Below, piece by piece: positions 12,521 to 23,546 of a stretch of DNA of 64,000 bases. Position 1 is the first letter of the stretch. The number at the start of each line of letters is the position of its first letter. Origin of the DNA: Calcarisporiella thermophila CBS 279.70 (lineage: Eukaryota > Fungi > Calcarisporiellomycota); assembly GCF_041956535.1 (NCBI RefSeq), contig NW_027192195.1:1003762-1067761 (forward strand), written 5' to 3'. The notes beneath the pieces are model-generated. The model had not been told where the DNA came from. It worked only from the letters and a program-made list of their open reading frames with translations, and searched no databases. Both the position numbers and the translations under genes were made by a program.

Positions 12521-13282
12521 TTAGACGATGACCATCAACAACGATAAAATGAACATAAAGTAAGTGATAAAGCTCAGTTGCCATCGCTCTGCAGTCCCAC
12601 TCCATGATGCCATCGTTTTAGCTAACTCATCTGTCGTTGGCGCCACCGTCCGCAGGCTAAATATGCACCGTTCTTCCGCGGAGCTGTCGAACCCACTCTC
12701 TAGCATCAAGCCAAAAGTTTCCTTGCCCTCGTGGATCAATTTGGTTGCATCTACCCCATTTGTGCACGACGACCGGAGCTTCAGAGTCACGTTGCAGGGC
12801 GCGTTGAATTGAGGATCTGAGCTGAAAAGTACCGCATTTGTCGTGGAGAGGGGGCATGGAAGCACAATGGTGACATTGTAAGCTTGTGTACTCTCAGGTA
12901 GGGTCGGGTAAGTCCAGACTTCAGTTAAGATACGATTCGTGGAATTGAAGCCCGTGGGTGAAGGATAACCCGAGCTAGAGGAGGCGGTGGTTATTAGAAG
13001 GGTGGTTGGAAAAGGCAGTGAAGGGGTGATGGTATTAGCCGTTGCCGCCTGGGATGAGGTTGGGGTGACCAAGGATGGCGATGTTGTTTGTGCGATGACA
13101 TTATTATTGTTAGAAATCGATGTAGGAGCTGCGGTGGGTGTGGCCGTCACAACCTCCCTCAATATTTCTTGAGCTTCCCCCTGCTGGCGTCGGTATTCGA
13201 TTACATTGGCATGAGCTTCAAAAAAAGCTATGGAAAAGAAAAGAAGAATAAGAGTAGCTCGAGAGAGTGACCTTCGACTCAT
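12521..13282 (-). CDS. Secreted or cell-surface Ser/Thr-rich protein, possibly GPI-anchored
   Basis: 253-aa single ORF with a hydrophobic signal peptide, T/S/P-rich stalk, 4-Cys domain and hydrophobic C-terminus. Confidence 0.7.
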   Translation of the reverse strand: MSRRSLSRATLILLFFSIAFFEAHANVIEYRRQQGEAQEILREVVTATPTAAPTSISNNNNVIAQTTSPSLVTPTSSQAATANTITPSLPFPTTLLITTASSSSGYPSPTGFNSTNRILTEVWTYPTLPESTQAYNVTIVLPCPLSTTNAVLFSSDPQFNAPCNVTLKLRSSCTNGVDATKLIHEGKETFGLMLESGFDSSAEERCIFSLRTVAPTTDELAKTMASWSGTAERWQLSFITYFMFILSLLMVIV

Positions 13283-14272
13283 TATCCAGATAGGGGTATT
13301 GCGACCTGAACTATTAGTGCGGCCGAGTGTATCTGTAAAGGAGTTCGAAATGCTAGATAAAAAAATGAAAGAATGGTATCGGCGCGGTCCCCAATATATA
13401 CATCTCGTAAAAGATTCCGAACTATTTATTGTTCGATCGGAACTCTCGGGGGAGTCTCGTAGAATTAGAAATTTTCATAGGCCATGAATTTCCCCGCGAT
13501 TTTGAACGGTTTTTAAATTCAATCAACCAGTTCACTTAAAAATCAATCAGAAATACACTGCTCTAAATAGATAGAAATTTTGGATGATTAGCTTCCGAAA
13601 AATATAAAATCAAGCAACCTCAATATACTTAATATGCTCATAACAATCTACTCTATTTTTGGTAAATTGGGCATGCCATTGCTCCAGAGCCATTGGTTTA
13701 TCTTAGGGCATGTAATGGAGAATCGCGACTTTGGTCAACCTGGGTGATATTGTTGGTTAGGTCTAGGGGTAGGGTCTAACATAATACATATAGTTGACTT
13801 TTAATTGAAATAACCCATCTGTCAAATCTGGCTTTCTGTCACGTCCATGCAAGGTAAATAAATTAATTCTTGACCTCATCACCCTGGATACTATTCATGA
13901 GAGGAACCGAAACTCACAGCATCAGATATTAAAAAATCTATAAGCCTTTCACGCTTTCAATGCTAAAACCATGTTATTAGCATGCCGCTTTAAGCTAGAG
14001 AATATCTCTTCCCCCCCTTTTTTAACATGATTACCATTTAACTAACAATTTGACGCAAACGAAGGAGATATCCAAATGATGGACATCGAGTAATGTCACT
14101 GTGATGGAATAAATTTGGCTGTAAAAAAATAGATTGATTATAGCTGAACGGGAGAAGAGTGTTTTGGAAGAAAGAGGGGAAGTACAAAAGCAAAGAGTAT
14201 GTTTCCTCACTTTACTGAGGGAATAAAAATGGGAGCATAAGAAAAAAACAAAGAGACGCTGGCCATGGGATG

Positions 14273-15899
14273 CTATTTTGTCTCCTTCTCGGCCAGATCA
14301 ACCGCTATTTTGAAAGCCCCAATCAGTGCCGTGGTTTGTATCTTCTCTGTGCCACCCTGTGCCAACCGATATTCTAGTTCTGCGAGTTTTTCGAAGAGAT
14401 AGATCCTCGCTGGGCCGGGGAATCCGATTTGTTCAACAAACTCGTGCACCTCTGTGATGATATCCTGCAGTGCCATGCCCTTCTCAGTTTTCATCTTCGA
14501 AATATCTATTCAAAACGAAATGAGTCAAAGGAAATAGAGTAAGCCGCGCCTCCCTCGGGTCCCGGGAATCAAGAATACTACTCACTGGAGTATGCAGTTG
14601 TGAATTCGTTCTGGAGCATCCAGTCGACAATTTGCTGAATATCACGCGGGTGAGGATTTCCTGTACAGCTATAGATTTCAGATTCGTCGATGCGGTCGTA
14701 GGCAGCGTGCGCAGACTACCGGTTTATACCCGATCCAAATAAATACAAAGATTAGAGATGGATGACATCCGAGGAATTCAGAGTTGTTAGAAGCTCTCTA
14801 CCTGTAGTACATTGAGAGCTCGTCGCATGTCACCATTCGTCAGTTTAAGCAGTGCTCTCTTCCCATCCTCTGTTATGTTAACCCTAACCATATAGGAAAT
14901 AAATTGTCAAGTGGCATGCCAAGGTATCGCTTGGGATATTTCAATACCCTTCTTGCTGAACTATATAATTTAAGCGTGATTCGATCTGGTTAATCTCGAG
15001 AGGAGCAAAGCGAAATCGTGTGCATCGAGACTGGATGGCAGGGATTATTTTTGAAACATAGTTGCAAATGATGCAGAATCGAACGTTTCTGGTATATTTC
15101 TCGATAACTACCACAAGAAATGTGGGTTAAGAGGCAACCTCACCGTCCCTATCAACACAAATATTCACCTCTCCTCAGAGCAGCCTGTGCAGCCTGTGTC
15201 ATAGAATCGGCCTCATCGAGGATGATAAGTTTGAAACCCGAACTAATATCCATGGAGACTGGTCAATACTACGGAGCTACTCTCCAGAAACCTTATTTAT
15301 GTTCACCTGAAGATCGTGCGAGTGCTTGCAAATCCTTTGATCTGTTCTCTTACAACATCAATTCCACGCTCATCGGAAGCATTCAACTAGAGTAGCAGAA
15401 TATTAAAAGTAGGAAAATGAGGTTGGGAACATGGCTCTATTTTACCTCCAAAACCATGGATCTCCATTGAGCCCCGTATAACTTGCGTGCACATGCGAGA
15501 ATAGTAGAGGTTTTACCCGTACCAGGGGGACCATAAAAAAGAAGATGTGGTAACCGATTCTCATCAATAAATCGCTCGACTACAATAAATAAAAGAGACA
15601 AATAATGTGAGCACTGGATTAACGAGCGTGCCATCACGACGATAGTAGAGAAAAGAATTACTTGTAGAGGTGATATCCCTTTGCGAGACCAGATCTTCGA
15701 GTTTCTGAGGGCGATATTTCTCGACCCTAACGTTGATTGGATATATTATTCATTTATTCTATCTAATGGAATGTAGAAATAAATTGGTGAATTACCAAGG
15801 TAAATGCCCATTTAACATTGGCTCTGTCATTTTTCCTTTTCCTTTATTCACGCTGGAAATGGAGTTTGCGTTCGTATCGATATCCATTGAATCTGCCAT
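14273..15899 (-). CDS. RFC3: Replication factor C small subunit (yeast Rfc3 / human RFC5 type), multi-exon
   Basis: LPW|[71 protein letters not shown]. Confidence 0.93.
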
Positions 15900-16120
15900 T
15901 GTGAATTTATTTTCTGGATCTACCCCTATTTTTTTTAGAGTAATAATGGTGTGACGCGCTCGAAAAATTAAACGCGTTAACTTTGGCCGCAGCATTTTGA
16001 CCGAAGGATACCCTTATTGCCCCTCTTGACCTTTCAACTCATGCTACATTTTGCTTCTCATCCTCTCCATGATTACAAACTCTCCAATCTAGAGAGCTCA
16101 CAGGAGCAATCATGCCAGCC
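15809..16120. repeat. Direct segmental duplication, copy A (RFC3 5' end, promoter, decayed MPA start)
   Basis: Collinear with 22203-22543: CTGGAAATGG, TGACGCGCTCGAAAAATTAAACGCGTTA, CCGCAGCA, CTCTCCATGATTACAAACT, ATGCCAGCC. Confidence 0.85.
15952..15979. promoter_or_regulatory. Twin MCB-type (ACGCG/ACGCGT) G1/S elements upstream of RFC3
   Basis: ACGCG at 15954 and ACGCGT at 15972, 55-80 bp upstream of the RFC3 ATG. Confidence 0.7.
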
Positions 16121-16462
16121 AAGTTTTTTTTCTTGAACACTAATTGCCTCTCTAAGATCTAGTCGTTGTATGAATTTGGTCGTCACATCATTCCAAACTG
16201 ACTTTGGTCAAGGAATTAATGCATAATCTAGGCACTCCTTACCCAACATCACCGAAAACCTCTGCTGAAATAGCGCGGTTCTCTACTTTTCAAATCCCTC
16301 ACAGTAGTGAACAATGTCACTGAACATTGGTTGTCCTTAGGAAGGATGTCATTCTAGGTGCAATTCTTGTTTGCACGCATACAATTTCATCAGATGGACT
16401 TTATTTCAAAATTTTCTATGACATACAATCTATATTTAGTTCAAATAAATATACAGGGTCTA

Positions 16463-18368
16463 TTAAGGAAGCGGTTTGGAATCCGGCTCAACCGCTGAGG
16501 TCTCCGCTGCTTCTCCCATGAAAAGAGCGGTGTTGAACCCGTTCTTCTCGAGGTAGAGTCTAAAGTCTTCGTCTTCTCTTTCCAAAGATTCGGGCTGGAT
16601 GTTTGGAACACAGAAATACGCAACAATACCTGCAAGAATAGCCAGGCTGCTCGAGAAGAGGAACGAGCCGCGCTCGCCAACCGCGCTCACCATAGGTGAG
16701 AAGGCAGCTGTGCCAACCGTAGCACCGATTTTGCCAATAGCTTTGCAAAATGCACATAGTGAGTTTGCGAACCAAGATGTTACCCCACCACACCACATTC
16801 CCAAGCCACACTTACCTGCAGATATGCCATACGCTGTCCCACGTACCGCAGTTGGGTAAACTTCGGTAGACACCAGCCCAATCTAAGAAAAGGTTAAAAC
16901 ATGGAGTCAGGTCAGATTTTTAGGTTTGCCTTATATCCAATCATACCATATCTCCCGGGCCGAGCTCGCCAAGCATTAGGAAGATGCCATACATGACAAC
17001 AAACATTGGGAAACAGTTAATTACAAGAAGATTCAAGCATCCACCCAATATCAGACCAACACACCCTTGACTTATAAAACCAAGGGCCATGGTGTTCTTA
17101 CGCCCTAGTCTATCAGAGAGCAGAGCGCCTGCAATGGCACCCGGCAAATACATTGCATAGAGCAACGTATTCCAACCTTTGAGAAAGAGAGTATTAAGTT
17201 AGAGAGGGGTGGATGGCGGGGGGGCAAATGGGGATTAGAATCGCATACCAGCCGTCTGTTTTAAAGAGTTATCCGGCACTACAACCGAGAGAATAGTGGA
17301 TGAGAATACACCACTTGGATATGAGATGAAATCGTAAAAAAACCATAACCCCCCCGTGATCAATAGTCGGGGCCAGTACCGCTTGATGATAAGCCAATAG
17401 GGTACCTTGCGCTTGAGCGACGACTTCCGGAATCGGGTAGTGTCGGACATCTTCAACCGGACTAAAGAGGGAAGAGAGAAGCATGAGATCCAAACTCGGT
17501 TGAGGGTCTAAGCAAACACAGAGATGAAATCTTACACCAAAGAACGCTAAGCGGGGGCACCACCCCAAGGCCCAGACACAGGCGCCAGTTTGGTTCAAGC
17601 TGCTGCTCACCAAAGATTGCCAGAAGAATCAAAGGCACGAAGGCCGACACAACGTAGCCAAGGTCAATCACGAAGTTAGTCACCATAATGAATAGTAACC
17701 CACGTCTTCCGGGCACCACTTCATCCGCCGACTCTGCGGCACTGGTACTAGAGCATGGATATTCACCACTAAAATGGATAAAATGTATCGGTCAGCAACT
17801 CTTCTCACTCATCTTTTAACAGAGGGCCAAAGGGCCAAATAGCTCCAACTTACCCTACTCCTACGCCAAGGATACCACGAGAGATGACGAGCATCCAGAA
17901 TAGACCCTCGGGTGTGGAGCCACTACTGGCTGCACTCAAGGCGGCCCCGACGATAACGAGGATTGTGGTAGAAATAAGTCCAACTTTGCGGCCAATTCGG
18001 TCACAGATAAGACCAAATCCGACTTGTCCTATTAGCGCCCCCACGAACAATGCGTAGGAAATCCGAGATGCAACCTCTGGAGTGAAGACATCAGTTCCAT
18101 ATATCAATTTCAAGAGAACTTGTGCAAAAGAGATAATGCCCGATTGATATCCGTCTGAAAACAATGCGAAAGCAGAGAAGATAGTTACAAATATGGCATT
18201 AGAGCGCGAGCGGGATCGAAGAGCTTGGTTTGCATCCCCTTTCAATTTAGAATCCTCATTTTGCGGGGCAACCGCATCAGCCTTCTTGGGCAGCTCATCG
18301 GGAAGGGATGGGATGTTGGGTGACTGTGTGAAGTCTTTAAGGAGACCACTCTGGCTGGAACTTGTCAT
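16463..18368 (-). CDS. MFS glycerophosphodiester/phosphate-family transporter (Git1-like), multi-exon
   Basis: FSAFALFSDGYQ, CDRIGRKVGL, LGVGVG|GEYPCSSTSAAE, WFFYDFISYP, GELGPGDM, STEVYPTAVRGTAYGISA. Confidence 0.85.
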
Positions 18369-18540
18369 GAGACCTGCAATATAACCCTTTGAAGTAATGC
18401 CAATATGGAGAACTGCTGCCCGGGGGTGGATAAAAGTAAGGGGAAAGCGCTTTTGTATTCTGCAACCTCAGACAAGACTTTTTATATTGTCCCTGATCGG
18501 GGACAAATCAATGGGTACAGCATCCACTCCAACCAATAAA

Positions 18541-18876
18541 AACGTGTTGGTTTTCTCCGCGACTGCTTTATGTCATGGAAAGAGATGGAAGTTGAGGTAT
18601 GAGAGCCTAGCAAAAGAGTCTAAGCATGCCTTCCAAGGCTTGCGCTCAGTAGTACTAACATATGGCGACATGCAGCGGGGCCGCGTCGCACCTGCTACGG
18701 AGAGCGTGCGGAAAACGTGTCTCAGTGGGAGGAAGACGAAAGCTCTTGGCTACATTACCTCAGCGGGTTGCGATCACAGCCAAGACATCGACATGTAGGG
18801 AAAGGAGAGGCAGCACACCTCGATAGCTTTTGATTGCACACTCGGTTTCCTCCGAGTAAATGGAACCGCCCACGTG
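18541..18876. promoter_or_regulatory. Candidate PHO (Pho4-type) boxes upstream of the Git1-like gene
   Basis: CACGTG at 18871-18876 (GCACGTGGG on minus); CACGTT on minus at 18541-18546 and 18714-18719. Confidence 0.45.
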
Positions 18877-19373
18877 CTGATGTAACTCCACGGGGGTGGA
18901 ACTACAATCTATTGCGAATTCCCTTTCTCTTCCCCAGGCTGCTTCTGAGTAGAGGGGAATGGCATGGGGCCTCGGAGGGGGCACGTCATAGAAACGCCTG
19001 CATCCCATTGGATAGGGACGAAGAGAGGAGTCATTGTTTGAGAGAAGGGGGCGAAGCCCAAGAGGAAACCCGTCATGGTCTCTTCCCATCATGCAAGTCG
19101 CTGCAACCCGAACCTTAAGAGTAGAATCGGATCATATTGAACCTTGCATTGCCTCTGGAACAATCCAATTTCGATGACGCTTCTGTGACCAGTTCCTTCC
19201 CCAGCCATAATTCATTGGGCCGCCATAGAACCCTTTCCATATGCGAACTGGGAATTAACCCTATTTCGGAATCATGATCATTCGGGGATGGACCAAACAG
19301 AAGATATGGAACTTAAGCCTTCAGACGCATTTTATTGAATAATACAAGAAGCAATGGAAGCGGAAAAATACAC

Positions 19374-20086
19374 TTATGAACTAAAGAAGTTTTGCTCGGT
19401 GAGGCGTTGCACAGCCTTGGTGCTCTTCACGGCCTCATTGAGTTTGACCAATGCCGGGGTCTTTTCGCTGTTGACAATGGTCTGGAATACTTCCTCGCCA
19501 AGGACATTCTGGAGCAATCCAAGGATGGCAAACGCATGGATGTCAGCGACAGTGAATTTGTCCTTAAGGTAGTGACCATTGCTGGAGTTCTTCTTGAGGA
19601 GGCGCTCGTGATAGGGAATGAGCTTCTCAGCACTTTCTTGCAGAGTCTTCTTGCCGGCTGCCTTCTTCTCCTCCTCCTTCGCAAAGAAGACATGATGCAA
19701 TGCGGTGGCAAGCAAGTCATTCAGCGAATCAATCACCGACTCCACAAAGGCAGTTTCATCGCTATCGTCCCCGAGCAGGCCGTGTTCACGCGCGAGATAC
19801 CGACTGATGGCATTGGATTCGGCAATTTCAACGCGCTTGCCATCGGGCTTGGTGACATAGAGGATAGGGAGACGGCCGAAAATGGTGTCGGGTTTCTCGG
19901 ATTCCCAGCTCTGGGGATGCTTAAGGGTATAATCGGCCTAGTAAAAGGAGGGAAGCGGAATTGGTGGTGTTGGAAAGGCAGTCCAATGAAAGTAAATACA
20001 TTAACGGTCTCAAGGAGGATGCGAATGGTGCGAGAAAGGCCAGCAACGTTGAAGTAGTAGAGCTCGTATTTGTTTTGAGAAGCCAT
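19374..20086 (-). CDS. Glutathione S-transferase (intron 19938-19999)
   Basis: YELYYFNVAGLSRTIRILLE, FGRLPIL, IAESNAISRYLAR, FTVADI; TATAAATA upstream at about 20155-20161. Confidence 0.9.
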
Positions 20087-20850
20087 TGATATTATTCTTT
20101 TGGTTCTTTTGTGAGGATTGGATGGGGGAAAAAATACGCAAACCCAAGGGGGGTATTTATAGCTAACTAGAATCCATGCAAAAAGCTCGGATCTGGATAA
20201 AATCAAAAGCCAGTAATGATTATTAATGCAATGACAATTCATTTTCACGGCCACCGTAATGAATCCATTTGAAGGACGCTTCTTACGGTAGCACAGCGTA
20301 GGAGTCCATCTTAAATCAAAAAAATATTGGATATTATTCCCCAGCGTGGTTTGCTCTGAAATCTGTCTATACAAAAGTCTAGAGGGTTCTTCGGTGGATT
20401 AGTAATAAGATTTAATGACGCAGATAGTCACAAGCGAGAAATTATCCCTTTCTTCAAAGCTATGCAAGAGAGTTTCTTGACTCACCCTTTGCATAACCCC
20501 CAACGTTGAGAACGCTTTGGCGCATTCGAGTTTAATTCCACTTTGGATCTGAAGAGTTACTTCAAGGCTCCAAACTGGATTTTGTATGGTTATTGTTTCA
20601 ATATATGGTTTGGAATGTTGAACAAGTTTGATATTCCTCAATAAGAAGGAATTATGCACTGTGCTTTGTGGAAGAGTGCTGTTCTAAAATGTAAGGAGGT
20701 GCCTGAGGAGAGAAAATAGGCACTAGGTCCTTCACACTACCATGGATATTGACCTTTGGCAAAGTGAAAACAGGTCTCCTTAGAGAAAGAATTCCCAATT
20801 CAGATACATCGCGTTTTTGTAAAAGAATGGCATTTGTATTTACATTATGA

Positions 20851-20912
20851 TTCATTCATTCATTCATTCATTCATCCTTTCATTACAGGTACCGAGCTAT
20901 TTGCCTCGGTAC
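20851..20912 (-). mobile_element. Possible 3' end of a LINE/SINE: stem-loop followed by a (GAAT)n tail
   Basis: Perfect 8-bp stem GTACCGAG/CTCGGTAC (20889-20912) with an 8-nt loop, next to (TTCA)6 at 20851-20874. Confidence 0.4.
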
Positions 20913-22202
20913 ATTGGTCAAGGTGGTGATTTTATACAAGCACTGACCCCTACGACATAAATGAAATTCTAATGAAGGTACTTTTTAAGGAATCGGGGTT
21001 GTCCAAATAGGATTAGTAGCCGCATAATCCGTGTAGGTTTAAAATAAATTGGATATCTACAAATAGAACGAGTTTGCTGGCTTGTGATGTTTTCATTGGC
21101 TTCTATAGCCGTAGCTACTAACAGAATGTACGTTATGTATTCAACGATTTGAGCCCATAGCAAGTTCGCCTGGCTTATTTCTAATAAAACAGGCGTGCAA
21201 TCATCCTCTTGCAAATATCCTTTCGAATATCATCTCATTTAGTCATCTAAAAACTACTTTACGCGCTTTATTAAAATTGAATCGAGCAATTTTCATTAGC
21301 ATACACAATATGTATTCTCCAGATCAATATGGCTTGGTAATTAGCTAATTTCGAAGCTCTCTTCAATTCTCTATCCGAAATATCTAGCCATATTCTTCGG
21401 TTAGTTAAAGCCGTAGTAACAGATATAGAATATTAAACTAACTTGAGATCTTGGGGGACAATTTTAAGGGAAAGATCTCCTTACCACTGTTCTTAGACTA
21501 TTTATACCTCATCCTATGACTTCTTCAATGTGTAGCCTCTAACACGAGTGAGGAGGTGAAAAAAATAATCTTATCTCATTGAGAATGGTGGCTAATATCT
21601 CGCTATCGCATTATCTGTACGGGACCGACGTTTCGATGGTTGCGAGCAAAGTATATTCAACTTAGTCTTATTGCATTGTATTATAGATTTGTATCTCCAG
21701 AAGGAGAAATACGAGCTTTTTGCGAATACCATCTATTGTAGCAGGCAACCAAGACCAATCCCTAACACACTAAGGGATAATGAAGATTGGTTTGGTTACG
21801 CAATAACGATGATTTGGATCGGATCGAATGCCAGCCCACGTCTGAGAATGGTCCCGTAAACATGGACTCTTCTCGTGCTTGTAACAGTTATTTTGAGTAC
21901 ATCTTTTCCTAAAGGAATAAAATCCACTCTCAAGATTCTTCAATTTAAAGTAAGTTTATCACATCCGTTGGTTAGCACTTTATCTAAATTAGCGGTAGCA
22001 TAAATTTGTCCATAGATTCAACATCGCTCATCAATGCGATGGTACTAGATCCGCATATATGCCAATTCAATCGACCATTTCATCTAGTATTACTAGCATT
22101 AGTACCATGGTTTTTGGAGATTGCAAGATTCACAGCATTCACTGGCCCAGCTGTGTATATCAATAAAAAATGTGGAAAGTAGGATATTGCTAAAGCTGAT
22201 AG

Positions 22203-22283
22203 CTATTCAATGCTGCATCCGTCCTTTTTCTTTTATTTTCTGAAATTACTGGAAATGGAATTCACATTTGCGACCAAGTCCAT
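22203..22283 (-). pseudogene. Relic of RFC3 exon 1 in duplication copy B
   Basis: Minus strand reads MDLVANVNSISSNFRK* versus RFC3 [16 protein letters not shown]; after a frameshift, KRTDAALNS versus KMTEPMLNG. Confidence 0.75.
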
Positions 22284-22543
22284 TACTGCAGCGCAAGTGA
22301 ATTATGGATCAAATATAGCTTATATTTTGATATGACGCGCTTGAAAAATTAAACGCGTTAGCACTGTCCGCAGCACATTGGCCGGAGAATCTTACTATTT
22401 TCTCGAATCACTTAACCACTCAACTTACAGAACTTGCATAATTATTTCTTTCCTCACTGTTTTTTCTCCCTTCCCCCTCCCCCCCCTCTCTCCATAATCA
22501 CAAACTGTCATATCAAGAAATAGCAGAAAAAAATATGCCAGCC
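22203..22543. repeat. Direct segmental duplication, copy B (decayed RFC3 start, twin-MCB promoter, intact start of the Siva-like gene)
   Basis: The 28-nt core at 22333-22360 matches 15952-15979 at 27/28 positions; offset 6381 bp. Confidence 0.85.
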
Positions 22544-23159
22544 GGGATTTCTCGCAAGCGCTCCTCTCCTCTCTCCCTTTCTGATAAATCACCAATGTCT
22601 TGGAAACGCTTCCATCATGTGGCTGCCGAATCGCTCGCGAAACCTCCTAAATTTCGCAAACTCGACGAATCCGATAGCGAGTCTGGGGATGATGGGATGT
22701 GTGGTAGGTTTCCGCTCCGGATCTCCCTTAATCACTCTCGAGGTGGACATCCATTGATCAAGACTAATGTTCTACTCGATCTAATGTATAGATGAACCAA
22801 ACCGTCTCCTCCGCATTCCAAAATCGCGATCTCATGCCCGCTCGCCTCGCATTCGTCCCCAGCATCCTCACATCCCTTCTAAATTAAATGGGGCAACCAA
22901 TTGTGCAGTTTGTTATCGTCAAAGGTTGTTTACGGCCACATTTACTCGCTGCGATAAATGCTCAGCTGAAGTGTGCATGGTGTGTGTGCGAGGCTGCGAT
23001 GCATGCAGGGGTGCTGTATGTAGTCGATGTTGTGTGGAGATTCCTGAGTAAGAAGCTTATATAAAATCACTTTAAATGAGACGCTAATCTTCTTCCGTAA
23101 TGTATAGAAATGACGATGTGCTAGTATTGTGTCACGGGTGTAAATTAGCTCAGTCTTAG
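22535..23159 (+). CDS. SIVA1-like zinc-finger protein, 158 aa (exons 22535-22703, 22792-23047, 23108-23159)
   Basis: Splice phases are consistent. C-terminus CAVC-x12-CDKCSAEVCMVCVRGCDACRGAVCSRCCVEIPENDDVLVLCHGC follows the Siva six-CxxC pattern. Confidence 0.75.
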
Positions 23160-23546
23160 GCGATTGCTCTAGGCGCTTAAATGTTAGTGGAACGCGTGCC
23201 CCCTTTTTTGTGAAGTTTATCCCTCTTATCCTTAATCCTCTTCTCTTCCCTCCAATGCCCCAATTACGCTCTTTTCTGTATATCCCCACTCCTTACCTCT
23301 CTGTTTTCTTTTCTCCGGGACTTCTTGTTGATCCGTTGCTATAAACCCTTTTTCTTTTCTTTTCTTTTCTCTTTTTTTTTTTTCTCTCTTACTCTGCATT
23401 ATATAATACCAAACACAATATAATACATATATGTATTGAAATAAAATATTCTTTGTATTTATCCATTTTAGCATGGAAATAGCGAGACAGTCACAATGGT
23501 CTAATATGGAAAGCGTATAATGTAGAGGGAATGGGAGAGAGAGGGA

